A stretch of DNA of 64,000 nucleotides, taken from positions 38,378,001 to 38,442,000 of the forward strand of contig OX597836.1 of the NCBI GenBank assembly GCA_951406725.2. The letters are read 5' to 3'. The notes beneath the pieces are model-generated. The model was given only the letters and a program-made list of their open reading frames with translations, did not search any database and was not told the origin of the DNA. This stretch comes from Octopus vulgaris (lineage: Eukaryota). The number at the start of each line of letters is the position of its first letter. Position 1 is the first letter of the stretch. Below, piece by piece: positions 12,171 to 25,601 of the stretch. The position numbers and the translations under genes are program-made.

Positions 12171-12470
12171 ATGTTTGTTGTTTCTCGAGCCAGGCCTGGC
12201 TCACAAGGGCCGGTTTCCCGGTTTCTTTGGCATATAGGTTCCCCACCTGGATGGGACGCTGGTCCGTTGCAGGTGAGCTGCAAGATGCAGGAGGAAAGAG
12301 TGACAGAAAGATGTGGCAAAAGAGTCAGCAGAAGGTTGCCATTACTTTCTGTTGGAGTTGCGTGGAGCTTAGGTGTTTCGCTCATAAACACACACATCGC
12401 CCGGTCTGAGATTCAAACCTGTGATCCCTCGACCGTGAGTCCACTGCTCTATCAACTAGGCCATGTGCCT
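12171..12470 (-). mobile_element. SINE family C (tRNA-derived head GAGGCACATGGCCTAGT..TAGAGCAG) with 17-bp TSD
   Basis: CTCAATGTTATGACATT at 12154-12170 and 12469-12485. Similar copies at 34258, 52847 and 55530. Confidence 0.9.
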
Positions 12471-12636
12471 CAATGTTATGACATTGTCATGAAAGAATCT
12501 AGTTTTGCTTTCATTTCTCGGTTTGGTCTGGAAGAGTGTGCAGAGTTCATAGCTGTGGGGGAGGGGAGCAGTGCTCATAGCAAGACTGGTGAGCTCAATG
12601 CAACTAACATCCTGCTACGACACCTGCAGGTTGACA

Positions 12637-13038
12637 TACTCTTTACTCTTTTACTTGTTTCAGTCATTTGACTGCGGCCATGCTGGAGCACTGCCTTTAG
12701 TCGAGCAAATCAACCCCAGGACTTATTCTTTGTAAGCTCAGTACTTATTCTATCGGTCTCTTTTGCCGAACTGCTAAGTAACAGGGACATAAACACACCA
12801 GCATCGGTTGTCAAGCAATGCTAGGGGGACAAACACAGACACACAAACATACACACACACATATATATACATATATACGACAGGCTTCTTTCAGTTTCCG
12901 TCTACCAAATCCACTCACAAGGCTTTGGTCGGCCCGAGGCTATAGCAGAAGACACTTGCCCAAGATGCCACGCAGTGAGACTGAACCCAGAACCATGTGG
13001 TTGGTTAGCAAGCTACTTACCACACAGCCACTCCTGCG
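12637..13038 (-). mobile_element. SINE family A, full length
   Basis: Complete head, microsatellite and tail modules. Confidence 0.9.
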
Positions 13039-13051
13039 CAGGTAAAATATA

Positions 13052-13283
13052 TATTTCTTTACAACCCACTAGGGGCTAAACATAGAAGGAACAAACAAGG
13101 ACAGACAAAGGGATTAAGTCGATTACATTGACCCAGTGCGAAACTGGTACTTTATTTATCAACCCTGAGAGGATGAAAGGCAAAGTCGACCTCGGCAGAA
13201 TTTGAACTCAGAACGTAACGACAGACGAAATACTGCTAAGCATTTTGCCCAGCGTGCTAACATTTCTGCCAGCTCGCCACCTC
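13052..13283 (-). mobile_element. SINE family B with 14-bp TSD
   Basis: GCAGGTAAAATATA at 13038-13051 and 13285-13298. Confidence 0.9.
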
Positions 13284-14367
13284 TGCAGGTAAAATATAGG
13301 TTTATGTTCTAAGGGTGGAAAGACTTGAAATAGTGGTTACAGCAGAGCATGGGGAGAAGGGGCAAGTGGGGTGGGAGTGCCTCAATAGAGGAGGCATGAA
13401 ATTATCCATCTCTGATAAGCAAAGACCACTGTAATAGAAACAGATGGTGCATCTGTGAAGTATAGGTTGGTGTGTGGTGGTGAGTGGTTTCAGTGAATCA
13501 GCTGGCGGGAATACTTGGGATGTGGTCTAGGATACCTGTATTTATAGTAGCAGCAGCATCTCAAAGATGAGAGCAATACATCACTATAGTCTCATTTAAA
13601 ATTCATAGAGAGTCAACAACTGGTTTGGATTGAAGTATTTTTTAGTTTGAAAAGAAAGACCAGTCTTCATGATGCAGGTTAATTAATATTTTCATACCAA
13701 ATCTAATTGAAAAGCTGTTGATACAAAGAATTAGAAATTTTCATCTGCCAATATTGTCTGTAGCCACAAATGACTGATCTGTAAAGTAAACCTTGGTTTG
13801 GTCCCAAAAGTACTTAACATGTAATTATGCTGACAAAATACTCAGCTGTATAGTGTCTGTCCTGACATTCTGAGTTCAAATTCTGCTGAAGTTGACTTTG
13901 CCTTTCATCCTTTCAGAGTCAATGAAAGAAGTACCAGTTGAACACTGAGGTTGATGTAATCAGTTTAACTTCTCCTGGGTATGAGTGTATATATAAAAGA
14001 AAAAAAACTGCATTTCTCTGCCAAGCCATGTTGAGCCAATGTGGAAGAGTAGGCTCATCAAACCAGTCTGATCACAAGCTCAAATGCACAGCCTCCACAT
14101 CAGACTGAGTTTGACGGAGAGAAAATGCTGAGGCTCTCATTCTGCAGTGAACTGAGAATGGACAATCCAATTCAATCCAAAAAATGATGCAAAGTATGTC
14201 CCATAAGGAAGTGTGTGCCAAATACTTCATGGGAGATGGAGAGTTAAATAATTGGTTTCACATTTTGACACTAGGCCAGCAATTTCAGGGGAGGGGCTAA
14301 GTCAGTTTTCAAATGGTATTTTATTTTATTCACCGCAAAAGGATGAAAATCAAAATCGACCCAGGCA

Positions 14368-14696
14368 GCAGTCGAAGTCGACTCTCGGTTACTCCATGGA
14401 TCAGTGTCCTCCAGTCAGTTCTATCCAGGGCTGCTTCTTTCAGACTGGCTATGTCCATTCCGGTATCACTCTTGATGGTGTCAAGCCAGCAGGTTCTTGG
14501 TTGCCCTCTTCCTCTCTTGCCACTGACCATTCCAAGCATGATGTCCTTCTCCAAGGATTTTCTCCTCATAATATGACCAAAATATGCCAATCTATGCTTG
14601 GTGATCCTAGCTTCTAGTGACATTTTCGGCCTGATCTGCTTAAGAACTTCTCCATTGGTGAGCCTCACTGTCCATGGAATCCGTAAAACTCTACCC
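14368..14696 (-). mobile_element. RTE (BovB-like) LINE 3' fragment
   Basis: RVLRIPWT..TNGEVL...RLAYFGHIMRRKSLEKDIMLGMVSGKRGRGQP..WLD.IK...WRTLIHGVTESR is the RTE C-terminal signature. Confidence 0.9.
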
Positions 14697-16295
14697 AAGA
14701 AAATAAAGACTACAGGAGTACACCTTGAGAGAAAGGCAATTTTTGACAGACTGGATTCATGCGAATGTCTAGAATCTGGGTAACAGTACCAGTTGGGTTC
14801 AGTTACCGTTGTCTTTGTGAAGGAAACAGCTCCAGTGTCAAAGATACTAGGAATTGTGCATGACCAACACTACTATGAAGCTTCATTGTGCAATGTCAAT
14901 TAGGGATCCTGGATCTCAGGGAAGGCCATTAGTGTAACAGAAAGAGTAACATAGTGTGAATCCTTCACTAAGAGAATCTGCGATAAAATACCGATAGTTC
15001 TGTCCTTTCTTTGCTTGTAAAGACAAATGGTAGGAGTAACATAGGTGGTAGCATTCAAATCGGTCATGTATGCTGAATCCTTTGTTGCTGTTGCTCCTTT
15101 ATCTACACTTGGAGGAGAGGATGGTCATCATGAATAACCATAGATAAAGGGGAGGGTAAGCACATTGTGTGTGTGTGTGCAAGATTCTTTTATCAACACC
15201 AAAGAGAGATAAAGCAATTTTGATGTGAAAGAGAGAAAGAGAGAGACAGAAAGACAAGACCAAAAAGAATGAACTGATGAGGATGAAAAGAATGTGATTG
15301 TCTGCATGAAACATAGACACCAGCAGCCAAAAGAAGACCAACTTCCTCTCTGTTACACAAATACAAAACACAAATATCATACGCTGTTACCTTTTGAAAT
15401 GGAACAGGAAAATGTCTGATATTTGAATCTAATATATTATTATCTGTGTCCATAATTTATTGACAGACACGATGATAATATTTTATAGAATGAACTAAAT
15501 AGATTTACTGGAACCGTGTGTGAATACTTGTTAGTTTCTAAGACAACATAGAATATTCTATTTTTATTTACAAAATGAAAGGCAGACAATATTTTTTTTC
15601 ACATTATAGGATTTTGAATGTCTTGTTGTATTTAAATGAAGAAAACATATATTTATTTTGTTAGTTATGGGTATTTGCAAAGAAATATCAGTTTTATATA
15701 ATAAATTTATTTCCCAGCATAATATTTCTATTTCTGAATATAAAAACTACACATATAAATCATCAAAGTATATTTATGTATTAATATGGATGCAGACACT
15801 GATAGAAAATAATCAAAAGCATCTGAAATTTTTGTTAAATTGAATAATAAAATATTACAGAAATATTCACCAATGGATATATAATATTTCTACAATGTGT
15901 AACTGAACAATTAAACTATTCAGTTGAAGCACTGCATCCAACCAGAATACAAATTGGGAAATGAAATGGAATTTAGTTCAGCGAAAAATATCAAATGATT
16001 TCAAAATAAACAGACAACTCAGGGTTTTCAACATGAACATGAAGAGGGTTCTAATATATATGTGTGAAATATGGAACATCCGAAAGTTCTCCATGGAAAG
16101 GTTCTAAATGCTGTTCTAAATAGATGTCTTTGGAGCTTCTTCAAGTGAGATGGCAAGATAGACTCACAGACAGACTCATCTTGTGGGAATTGGCGAACTA
16201 GCAACATATCAAAACCAATTGTGATGAGGATATGGGGAAGGAGCAACACAAATGAATACAATAAGTGGTTTTCTTGAAATAAGGAAGATAGAACG

Positions 16296-16659
16296 GAGAT
16301 GTACTTGCATAGCGAGTGACTTGATCTGAGATTGTGTGCTGGAACAAAAACAATTGCAGCGTGGAAGGTGTTTGTAAGCCATTTAATAAACACACAAAAC
16401 CGTTAGATTCACTTCAACATTTAAATTTAATTTGTCAAAATATTTTCGTCACTTTGAGACCGCAGCACGGATTTTTGTCAGTGAACAGGTCGCGGTCTCA
16501 AAGCAACGAAAATATTTTGACAAATTAAATTTAAATGTTGAAGTGAATCTAACGGTTTTGTGTGTTTCTTAAATGGCTTATAAACACCTTCCACGCTGCA
16601 ATTGTTTTCGTTCCAGCACACGATCTCAGATCAAGTCACTCGCTATGCAAGTACATCTC
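16296..16659. repeat. Fold-back element: 168-bp inverted arms, 28-bp spacer
   Basis: 16296-16463 is the reverse complement of 16492-16659, with about 6 mismatches. Confidence 0.9.
16474..16524 (+). ncRNA. Minimal type I hammerhead-ribozyme-like motif with G3/C8 core
   Basis: TTTGTCA-GTGAACA-G-GTCGC(GGTCTCAAA)GCAAC-GAAA-ATAT-TT-TGACAAA: 7-bp helix I, helix II and a palindromic helix III. Confidence 0.55.
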
Positions 16660-17619
16660 TGTAAAAATAGAAAAAAAAGAAACAAAAGAAAACGGTAACT
16701 TGGATTACAATCAGGAGCTGAAGGTCATTTTTTTCCATTTATTTCAATGTATTCATTGAAAATACTGTCTTGTAAAACATGGCCACATAAACTAACTGGT
16801 CTTTCAAGTATTGATCCATTTCACTGATGTCTATGTCGTTAATGATTTATAAAATATAACAGGAAAGTATTAAAATAACAAAAACTATGTCGAGGACAAT
16901 AGTTTCCAGTATGGAACTGATATTTATTTGCTGGTTACATAAGTTTCAGAAGAAGCAGCAGAAAGCAGAAAGCAAATTATGTTGTACTTAGCTGAAAACA
17001 TCAGTTTATGTCAACCCTTCTAAAATTTCAACATCAATTAAGTACACAAAAGACAAAAGCTATTATAAAATGGTTATATTGTTGTCAGTGTTTATAGCCT
17101 GCAGAAATATATGAAAAGCATGGGAGAGAACAATTAGTGAGTGAAAAATCAGGGCATTAAGTATTGGCTGCAGTCCTACTTAAGCATAGAAGATAATGTG
17201 TATGCAGTCACATTAAACGAGTATTTACAAGACAGGTAGAAGATGGGAAACTTTACAACAACCAATCAACTCATTTGTCCTCAAACGTTTTCTATTTATC
17301 ACTGACATGGTAAATTACATATCCAGGACATGGTTTGCAATGCTGTGAGTGTGTGAGTTAGAAACAACGAGTTTAGAATGTTATGGAGGTTATAAGCTAA
17401 AGCAGTGTGGAGGTCACAACAGAGTTTATTGTCAGAGTGGTGGTCACTGTTGGTTTACAACATTGTCATTGCAAAGGTCACAATTGGTTTACAATATAGT
17501 CAGTGTAGTGGTCACAAATGGCTTCGTATATTTTTGTATTAGGCATCAAATCAACTTGATACATTTTATGTCCCAAACCACTTAATCTAAAGGGAAGAGA
17601 GGAACAGAGTGGGAGAGAG

Positions 17620-17791
17620 AATTACACCATCCAGAAAATTACATATATTAGAAATATTAAAATATTAAAATTAAAATAACAATAACATTTCAATGATCTC
17701 AATTTTTTTGCAATTTACTTAATCATTGAAATTTTATTGTTATTTTAATTTTAATATTTCTAATATATGTAATTTTCTGGATGGTGTAATT
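17620..17791. repeat. AT-rich inverted repeat (~70-78-bp arms)
   Basis: AATTACACCATCCAGAAAATTACATATATTAGAAATATTAAAA... is mirrored by ...TTTTAATATTTCTAATATATGTAATTTTCTGGATGGTGTAATT. Confidence 0.85.
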
Positions 17792-17842
17792 TGATTGTTC
17801 ATTTTGAATTGATAAAAGTTGGTTTTTTTTTTCTAATTTTTT

Positions 17843-18027
17843 ATCATCGTTTAACGTTCGTTTTCCGCGCTAGCACGGGTTGGACGGTTCGACCGGAGTC
17901 TGGGAAGCCAGGGCTGCACCAGGCTCCTGTCTGATCTGGCAGTGTTTCTACAGCTTGATGCCCTTCCTAACGCCAACCACTCCGCGAGTGTAGTGGGTGC
18001 TTTTTACGTGCCACCTGCACAGGTGCC
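17843..18027 (-). mobile_element. Short repeat family D
   Basis: CATCGTTTAACG...GATGCCCTTCCTAACGCCAACC, close to the copy at 63521. Confidence 0.8.
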
Positions 18028-19052
18028 ATATATATTATATTGTGTGAAATTTGATTTAGTATTTCTAAATTGAATTTTTTTCCCTGTAAGTTTGGATTTA
18101 TATTCCCTCAAATAATAATTATATATATATATATATATAGTCAAAGAAAAATTGTTAGATCGTGTAATACAAAAGTATTGCTTCCCAGTAAAGCAAGGCA
18201 CCATAAGTATAAGTATAAATATAGAATAGTGGTACAACAATGCTCCAATATTTACTTGAAATAGCAGTCGAAAATATACGACGCTATAGTAAAGCTTCAC
18301 AGTGTGTATACTGGCAAACATAAAAAATTTCATCTTACTTGTAGGAAGAACGTTAGATAAAGTAAAATGAAATTTTGTCTGAATCCTAAAGGTTTAAGAC
18401 CTTCCAATCAACTACACTATATAAATAGTGGTAAAGAAAACATTGTCTTGATTATTTCAACTTCAGTTGAACTGCTCGAATATCAAACAGTACAGTCAAA
18501 GCTGTTATTATGGTGGATATATAATCGCCGTGTGACTTTTTTGTCCCATGTATTCCCAGCAAACTGGCTTGTGACACATTCTTTCAGTCAATCCTCACTG
18601 TCAACTATCATCACATATTCATGCTTTTATAGCAACACAGACATTTCTCTAATCAATATCTACGGCACATAAACCTTCCCACAGCAGGTGCTAATCAATA
18701 TCTCCCTTCTTTTCAAGGGATCCCACTCCCTTATACTCATATATATATCATACAACATGTTTGTATAATATAGACATTGCTGTGGTGTATGAGAGTGAAG
18801 GTCATGGTTATTTTCAAAGACGACCATGACTTCATTCTCACACACCACAGCAATGGAGGTTATGACTATGCAGACAACCAAATCCATGACCACCCCCACA
18901 TATACAGTACCTACTGGGAGATGAAACTACAAAAGTGATGGAATTTCATCGTCGTAGTTGTCTCTGATACATCATCTGATTATGGTTTCAGGAACTTTGA
19001 ATTTTGACTCACATTGAACATGGATTATACTGAAGGTGAGCAGCAGAAGACA

Positions 19053-19430
19053 GTGGAGGCGCAATGGCCCAGTGGTCAGGGCAGCGGACTCGTGGTTGGA
19101 GGATCACGGTTTCGATCCCCAGACTGGGCATTGTGTGTGTTTATTGGGTGAAAACACCTAAAGCTCCACGAGGCTCCAGCAGGGGGTGGTGGCGACCCCT
19201 GTTGTACTCTTTCACCCCAACTTTCTCTCACTCGTTTTTCCTGTTTCTTGTCCCCGACTTCCTACACAACCGCTGAGCCTGGATGTGCATTCATCCATCT
19301 GTCGATGCTCTCGGTGTCGGGGGTTGACCTGCTTTCTCTTCTGCGGGTCTTACGAATAGCAAAGGACTACGTTTCGGACTTCTCCCACTACAGACGGGAC
19401 GAAGATCGCTTTGCACAAACAAACAAACAA
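19053..19430 (+). mobile_element. tRNA-derived SINE (family C-related head, different body, (AAAC)n tail) with 14-bp TSD
   Basis: AGCAGCAGAAGACA at 19039-19052 and 19431-19444. Confidence 0.9.
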
Positions 19431-20437
19431 AGCAGCAGAAGACAAGTGGCCTCATTTTCCCATCCAGTTGCAAGGCAGCAGAGGCTGGAATCATATTAGG
19501 ATGCCATGAGATGTGGTATTACCAGTTTAGTCATCACAGATCCACCCATGCAGTAGGTTGTGTTGGCTTAGATGTTACCATTAGTGCTCACAAATGACCT
19601 GGTACATCATTCATACAATTAAATGTAAGTGTTCAGCGAGCAATCTTTATCTCTTCAATAAATATCAGTGAAACAATGTTTTGTTTTGCCAGTCACAGTG
19701 TTCGAAATGGCAGAAACTAATCTTGCTGTTGTTGTTGTTACTTTGACTCAAATGTTGAAACTGAGAGAAAATGACATGTCATTTGACAAGTAGAGAATGA
19801 CAGTTCTGTTGTAGTTTATTAGACCGTCAATCACTGAAGTACTTAAGGACATCCATCTACTCCACCACCACCATGACGACAACCACCACCACCAGCCTCC
19901 TGATGCCAGTCATTATGTGAATCATTACAAATATTAAACATCACAAATGAAAGAAGATAATTAAATCCTTCGGAATTAATAAGTCGAATGTATTGGACAC
20001 TGAAATACAGAAATACCATACGTCAAGTAGAAACAATAGTGGACGACATTGGGTAGTAAGTACTATTTCAGCTATGACTAATTACATTTTACACAGCTGT
20101 TACACATTTCCCTCCAGTAAATTTAATTCCAAAAGTCTGCTAAGTCATCAGCAAATTTTGTGCCTTCTTCGTATATTTTTCATAGATATATTTTACTGTT
20201 TTGTTCAAGTTTTTCATTACTTGCAATGAACTTTTAAACTGATTAAGAATATTATTATCCCTTAATTAATCATTTAAACCAGCCATGTCCAGCCACAAAT
20301 ATTCTACCAATTTTATGTCTAAATAGGCCAGGTCTGGCCTCTTACACTTACCCTTTAATATCATTTTTAAAAAAAACAATCATATCACCAAAATTTTGAT
20401 GCTATGAGATAAGCCATGGTTAACTCAAAGTAATGTA

Positions 20438-20610
20438 GGCACAGGAGTGGCTGTGTGGTAAGTAGCTTGCTAACCAACCACATGGTCCCGGGTTCATTCC
20501 CACTGAGTGGCACCTTGGTCAAGTGTCTTCTACTATAGCCTCAGGCCGACCAAAGCCTTGTGAGTGGATTTGATAGACAGAAACTGAAAGAAGCCCAGCG
20601 TATGTATGTG

Positions 20611-20653
<43 letters not shown>

Positions 20654-20842
20654 TTGTACCCCAACATCGCTTGACAACCGATGCTGGTGTGTTTACATCC
20701 CCGTAACTTAGCGGTTTGGCAAAAGAGACCAATAGAATAAGCACTAGGCTTCAAAAGAATAAGTCTTGGGATCGATTTGCTCGACGAAAGGTGGTGCACC
20801 AGCATGGCTACAGTCAAATGACTGAAACAAGTAAAAGAGAGT
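20438..20842 (+). mobile_element. SINE family A, inserted in a piggyBac-like MITE
   Basis: Full-length copy. The flanks continue the sequence of the 7034-7233 element. Confidence 0.85.
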
Positions 20843-21532
20843 AAATAAGCATTACATTTGACAGAGTAACCTGAGTGTTAAAAGATTAAATAAAGATAGG
20901 AAATTGGCAATCACACTGCAAGAGAATGCTTTGCAGTATTTGTTCCAATTCTCTCCTTGCAGAGTTCAAATTTTGTCATAATCAACTGTGTGTGTGCACC
21001 TCTTTCTCTCTCTTTTTCCTTCTTTCCATTTTTTGTTTTATTTTGTTGATAAATAAAGTACTAGTGTAAAGCAGAAGTTTGGCAGATATATAAAAGCACT
21101 TAATGCCATCTAATCTGGCTTTGTGTGTTCTGGGTTCAAATTTCACTTCTAGTCACTGTCTTCATTGGTTGCAAATGGATTCTTTGACATCAATCCTGGG
21201 CCTTCAAAAATGTTGGACAGAGTGACGTGTCGATTGGAATGATATCTCAGTCACTGCAATAACCAACAACCAGACCCCTAACAAAGCATATTAAATGCAA
21301 AAGATGGAAAAGAGAAACCTCAGAAACAGATGAAATCATTGCTTCATCAGAAAAAGCATCTTCCTATTGTAATATACACACATACAATACGTTATATATA
21401 TATACCAAAAATTAATTTACGAAGGTGTCATTAATTCTATTATTATCCAATGTAACTATTTAAAAAATGATAACAGAATCAATGACACAGGCAATAGCAG
21501 GTCAAAAAATAGCATTAAATAGTCAAGGGATT

Positions 21533-21767
21533 AAAATTAATCAAAGAACATACTAAGTATGTCTACCTGCTAGAAATAACAGTCAAAACTCTTATTAAAT
21601 CACCAAAAAATACACTGATGAAAAGTACAGAAATCAAACGAAGGCAAAATCAGGTTAAGAACATCTACTAACATACATTTAAGTATTTGGACTTTTGGTG
21701 ATTTAATAAGAGTTTTGACTTATTTCTAGCAGGTAGACATACTTAGTATGTCCTTTGATTAATTTTA
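21533..21767. repeat. Inverted repeat (~74-bp arms, ~85-bp spacer)
   Basis: TAAAATTAATCAAAGAACATACTAAGTATGTCTACCTGCTAGAAATAA...CACCAAAA is mirrored at 21693-21767. Confidence 0.85.
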
Positions 21768-21781
21768 TATATATATATATT

Positions 21782-21976
21782 CTTTATTTGTTCCAGTCAT
21801 CTGACTGTGGCCATGCTGTAACCTCACCTTTCATTGAAGAAACTGACCCCAAGGCTTATTCTTTGTAAGCCTAGTACTTATACTATCAGTGTCTTTTATG
21901 AAACTGCTAAGTTATGGGGATATAAAGGATCAGTTGTCAAGCGATGATGGGGGGACAAACTCTCTCTCACACACAC

Positions 21977-22017
<41 letters not shown>

Positions 22018-22140
22018 TGATGGTCTTCTTTCAGTTTCAGATTACCAAATCCACTCACACGGCTTTGGCCAGCCGGAGGTCATAGTAGAAGGCACTTGCC
22101 CAAGATGCCACATGGTGGGACTGAACCTGGAACCATGTGG
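21782..22140 (-). mobile_element. SINE family A, diverged and head-truncated
   Basis: Similarity to other copies. Confidence 0.8.
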
Positions 22141-22429
22141 CAATCCAAATGCACACACTTATACATATATGCATATATCATTGCTATTATGTTAAACTGT
22201 GGTATGTCCAAATTTGACTAAAAACATTTTTTCTACATTTATTTTTGCTTGCAATAGCCAGTTCTTTTGGTCAAACTATCATATCTCCAGTTGCTTCAGA
22301 TGCCAAAATATCAAAAATTGTCAAAGTGCAGTACAACAGTTTTGCTATGGAATGGTCAACCTTTTTTTTTTTTTTTCTGCAAAAGCAATGTTTTGGACTT
22401 ACAACACTTTGCATATATATATATATATA

Positions 22430-22842
22430 GGTGCAGAAGTGGCTGTGTGGTAAGTAGCTTGTTTACCAACCACATGGTTCCGGGTTCAGTCCCACTGCGT
22501 GGCACCTTGGGCAAGTGTCTTCTAATATAGCTTCGGGCCGACCAAAGCCTTGTGAGTGGATTTGGTAGACGGAAACTAAAAGAAGTCAGTCGTATATATG
22601 TATATATATATATATGTATGTGCGTGTATGTTTGTGTGTCTGTGTTTGTCCTCCTAGCATTGCTTGACAACCGATGCTGGTGTGTTTATGTCCCCGTCAC
22701 TTAGCGGTTCGGCAGAAAGAGACCAATAGAATAAGTACTGGGCTTACAAAGAATAAGTCCCGGGGTCGAGTTGCTCGATTAAAGGTGGTGCTCCAGCATG
22801 GCCGCAGTCAAATGACTGAAATAAGTAAATGAGTAAAAGAGT
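22430..22842 (+). mobile_element. SINE family A, full length
   Basis: Similarity to other copies. Confidence 0.9.
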
Positions 22843-24109
22843 ATATATACACACACACACATATATACACATTTATATATATATATATAGAAATATACAT
22901 ATACACATATATAAAATATATGCGTATATATGTATATATGCAACAAATCTTCAGTAAACCACAAACCCTTCAAGTATTATCATTCCAGAATCAGAATCCC
23001 AATTCATATTATACCAGAATGCACAACAGCTTTCAACATATCAATGTTCAAATTAACATTCTGCAGAATAGCAAATGACATTTTTGAAAATTGTTTGACA
23101 ATAAAGAGAACTGCAGGCATTGTGTTCAATTCTTTACATTTGCTGCCGTTATTTGTGCGAAGCATCTAATGCAGTGTTAAAACTATTTTATTATCATACG
23201 TCCCCATCAGGATATTTAAAGTTAGTGAGAAGAAGGAACAAAGGAATACGTTGAAACTTATTGATGAACTAGATATTGAAAATAAATTGAAGTGAAACAT
23301 TATAAGTAGAAATATGTTAATGAAAGAATATAACTTAGAACTGTCATTGTCGTCTTTATGTGACATTAAAAGACTTGAAAGCTTTTGGATTTTGTAGCAT
23401 GTTCTGAGTTTAACAATAAAATAGCAAATTGGAGCAGTCTGCAGAAACCGAAATGTGAAAACTTCGATAAAATATCGCACAAGTGTCTTTTTATGATGCA
23501 ATTGGAAGGTATAGCTATCTATGATAATTATTTCAGCCAAAGCTTAAGATTTTAAAGATTAAATGTATTTGGAGAACACAAACTGTTTACTTTCATGGTA
23601 AGGTATGCCATGAAATAATAAACAGCACATTGCTAGTTAAATTATAACCCGAATGTCATTTCATGCAGTTGTCAAGGACCAGCATAGCAACTGATTAATT
23701 ATACAACACTGACGAAACTGCTTTTGTTAAAAATATTCCACAATCACATGGTTCCGGGTTCAGTCCTACTGCATAGCACCTTGGGTAAGAATCTTCTGAC
23801 CAAAGCCTTGTGAATGGATTTGTATTTTGTATTGTAATGTCTGTTTTTCCGTCCTTGTTTTTGTATACATTTGATGCTTTCTTCCAAGGAATCTAATGCT
23901 CCTAGCTTAATTTTTCCTTGGGGCAGGCCAGATTGGAGCAATCTCAAGATTAATCAGCCAAAATTAGGTGATCCAGTTCTTGACTGTGGATAGAAAGCTT
24001 CGAATGACCCGTCCTTGTTTTTTTGTATCATCAATCTGGATGTTTTGTTGTCCCATTTTGTATTTTAAATATATATATATATATATATATTTTATTTAAA
24101 AAAAATCAC

Positions 24110-24440
24110 TTCTCAATCACATGGTTTTTTTTGGGTTCAGTCCCACTGTAGAGCACCTTTGGCAAGTGATTTTTACTATAACTGCAAGCCAATCAATGTT
24201 TTATGCATATCTGTCATGTGTACATGCATGCACACATGTGCATCTTTTGACGTATGTTTGCCTCCCCACCGCCACCATCGATTCACATTTTGACAACCAG
24301 TGTTGGTTTGTTTACATCACCATAACAGTTCAGCTGAAAGGAATTACGGACTAAGTAGCAGAGTAAGCTTATTTGATTAAACCTTTTAAAGTGGTGCCCC
24401 AGTATGGCCGCAGTCCTATGACTGAAACAAGTAAAAGATA
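24110..24440 (+). mobile_element. SINE family A, old diverged copy
   Basis: Recognisable GGTTCAGTCCCACTG head and ATGACTGAAACAAGTAAAAGA tail. Confidence 0.7.
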
Positions 24441-25601
24441 AATGCATATTTATACATCAGTCATTTGGGTTGGAGAATTCAAACAACATTTTGAATTTTT
24501 TTTTAGTGCCAAAAATATTTTTCATTTATTTGAAAATACTTGCTCCACTTATTTCTGTACAGTACAATTACTGTACAATAAACATGTAGCCTTTATCAAA
24601 CACATGTGGTGTACTTGCTCATTGCATCATTACCACACAATAAACATGTAGTAATTATGTAGCACTCACTCAGGGTCTGTTTCATTTGTGTCATTACCAT
24701 GTAATAAACATGTAGTAATTATTTAGCATGAACAGTGTTTTAGCTTTTTCGTCTTAAATTTTATTTCTGTTTGGCATTTCTGACATGGTTTTTATTCTTA
24801 CAAGACATCCCTTGCTGCCCCGTATTGTTTACTGCATATTCAGTAGCTAATAAAACACTAGTCATCAAACTGTATCTTTATTTCTTATTTAATGTAGCCT
24901 TTTATGTATGTAACAAATGCATTTAATAAAACTTCCTAGACAATGGGAAATTCACAGTAACAACATCTCGAATCCTCGAGGGAGGTTACCATTATTTGAG
25001 AAGTTTATTGTATTAGCATGGCATTTATAGATTGTCGAATCCCATTGTGATTAGACTATGTATTAATACTGATAACTTCAATAATTACTGTAAGAACAGA
25101 ACAGAATACTGCTATTCAATGGCTGAAATAGAAGCTAGGTTTGATCAAGTGACAGTGTCAGTGGAGCATTGAACAAATGAACTGTAATATTTAGTTACAT
25201 TTCTTTACATTCTGAGTTCAAATCCCACCACAGTTGACATTATTTTTTTAATTCTTTTTATGTCAATAAAATATCTACGGAAATCTCATAGCCATTCAGC
25301 ATTTAAAAAAAGTCTCATTAAATCTTAATAATTGAGCATAATTAGGAATTGGAAAAAAAACAAAAAAATCGGTAAAAATATTTTGTGTTTTGTAGAAATA
25401 TAACCAATTTATTGCAGATAAATTTTAACAACAAAATCTTATGTGGACCCTTAAGGGTCATACGGACCCTTGTTGAGTGGCTGGGTGTGGCCAGTTTCGA
25501 TATAGAACAGTTAGAATATTTTGGTCAAGTATGCCCAGTTTAAATGCTAAAGGGTTAAATATTCTTGCTTATAGATTCTACCACACACATACATACACAT
25601 A

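Noticed and set aside
12171-12671. 166-aa ORF, and the recurring short ORFs such as ..LPNPLTRLWSARGYSRRHLPK..
   Set aside because: They are translations of non-coding SINE copies that recur throughout the window.
21614-21645. CTGATGA hammerhead core in a palindrome spacer
   Set aside because: No helix II and no correctly placed GAAA.
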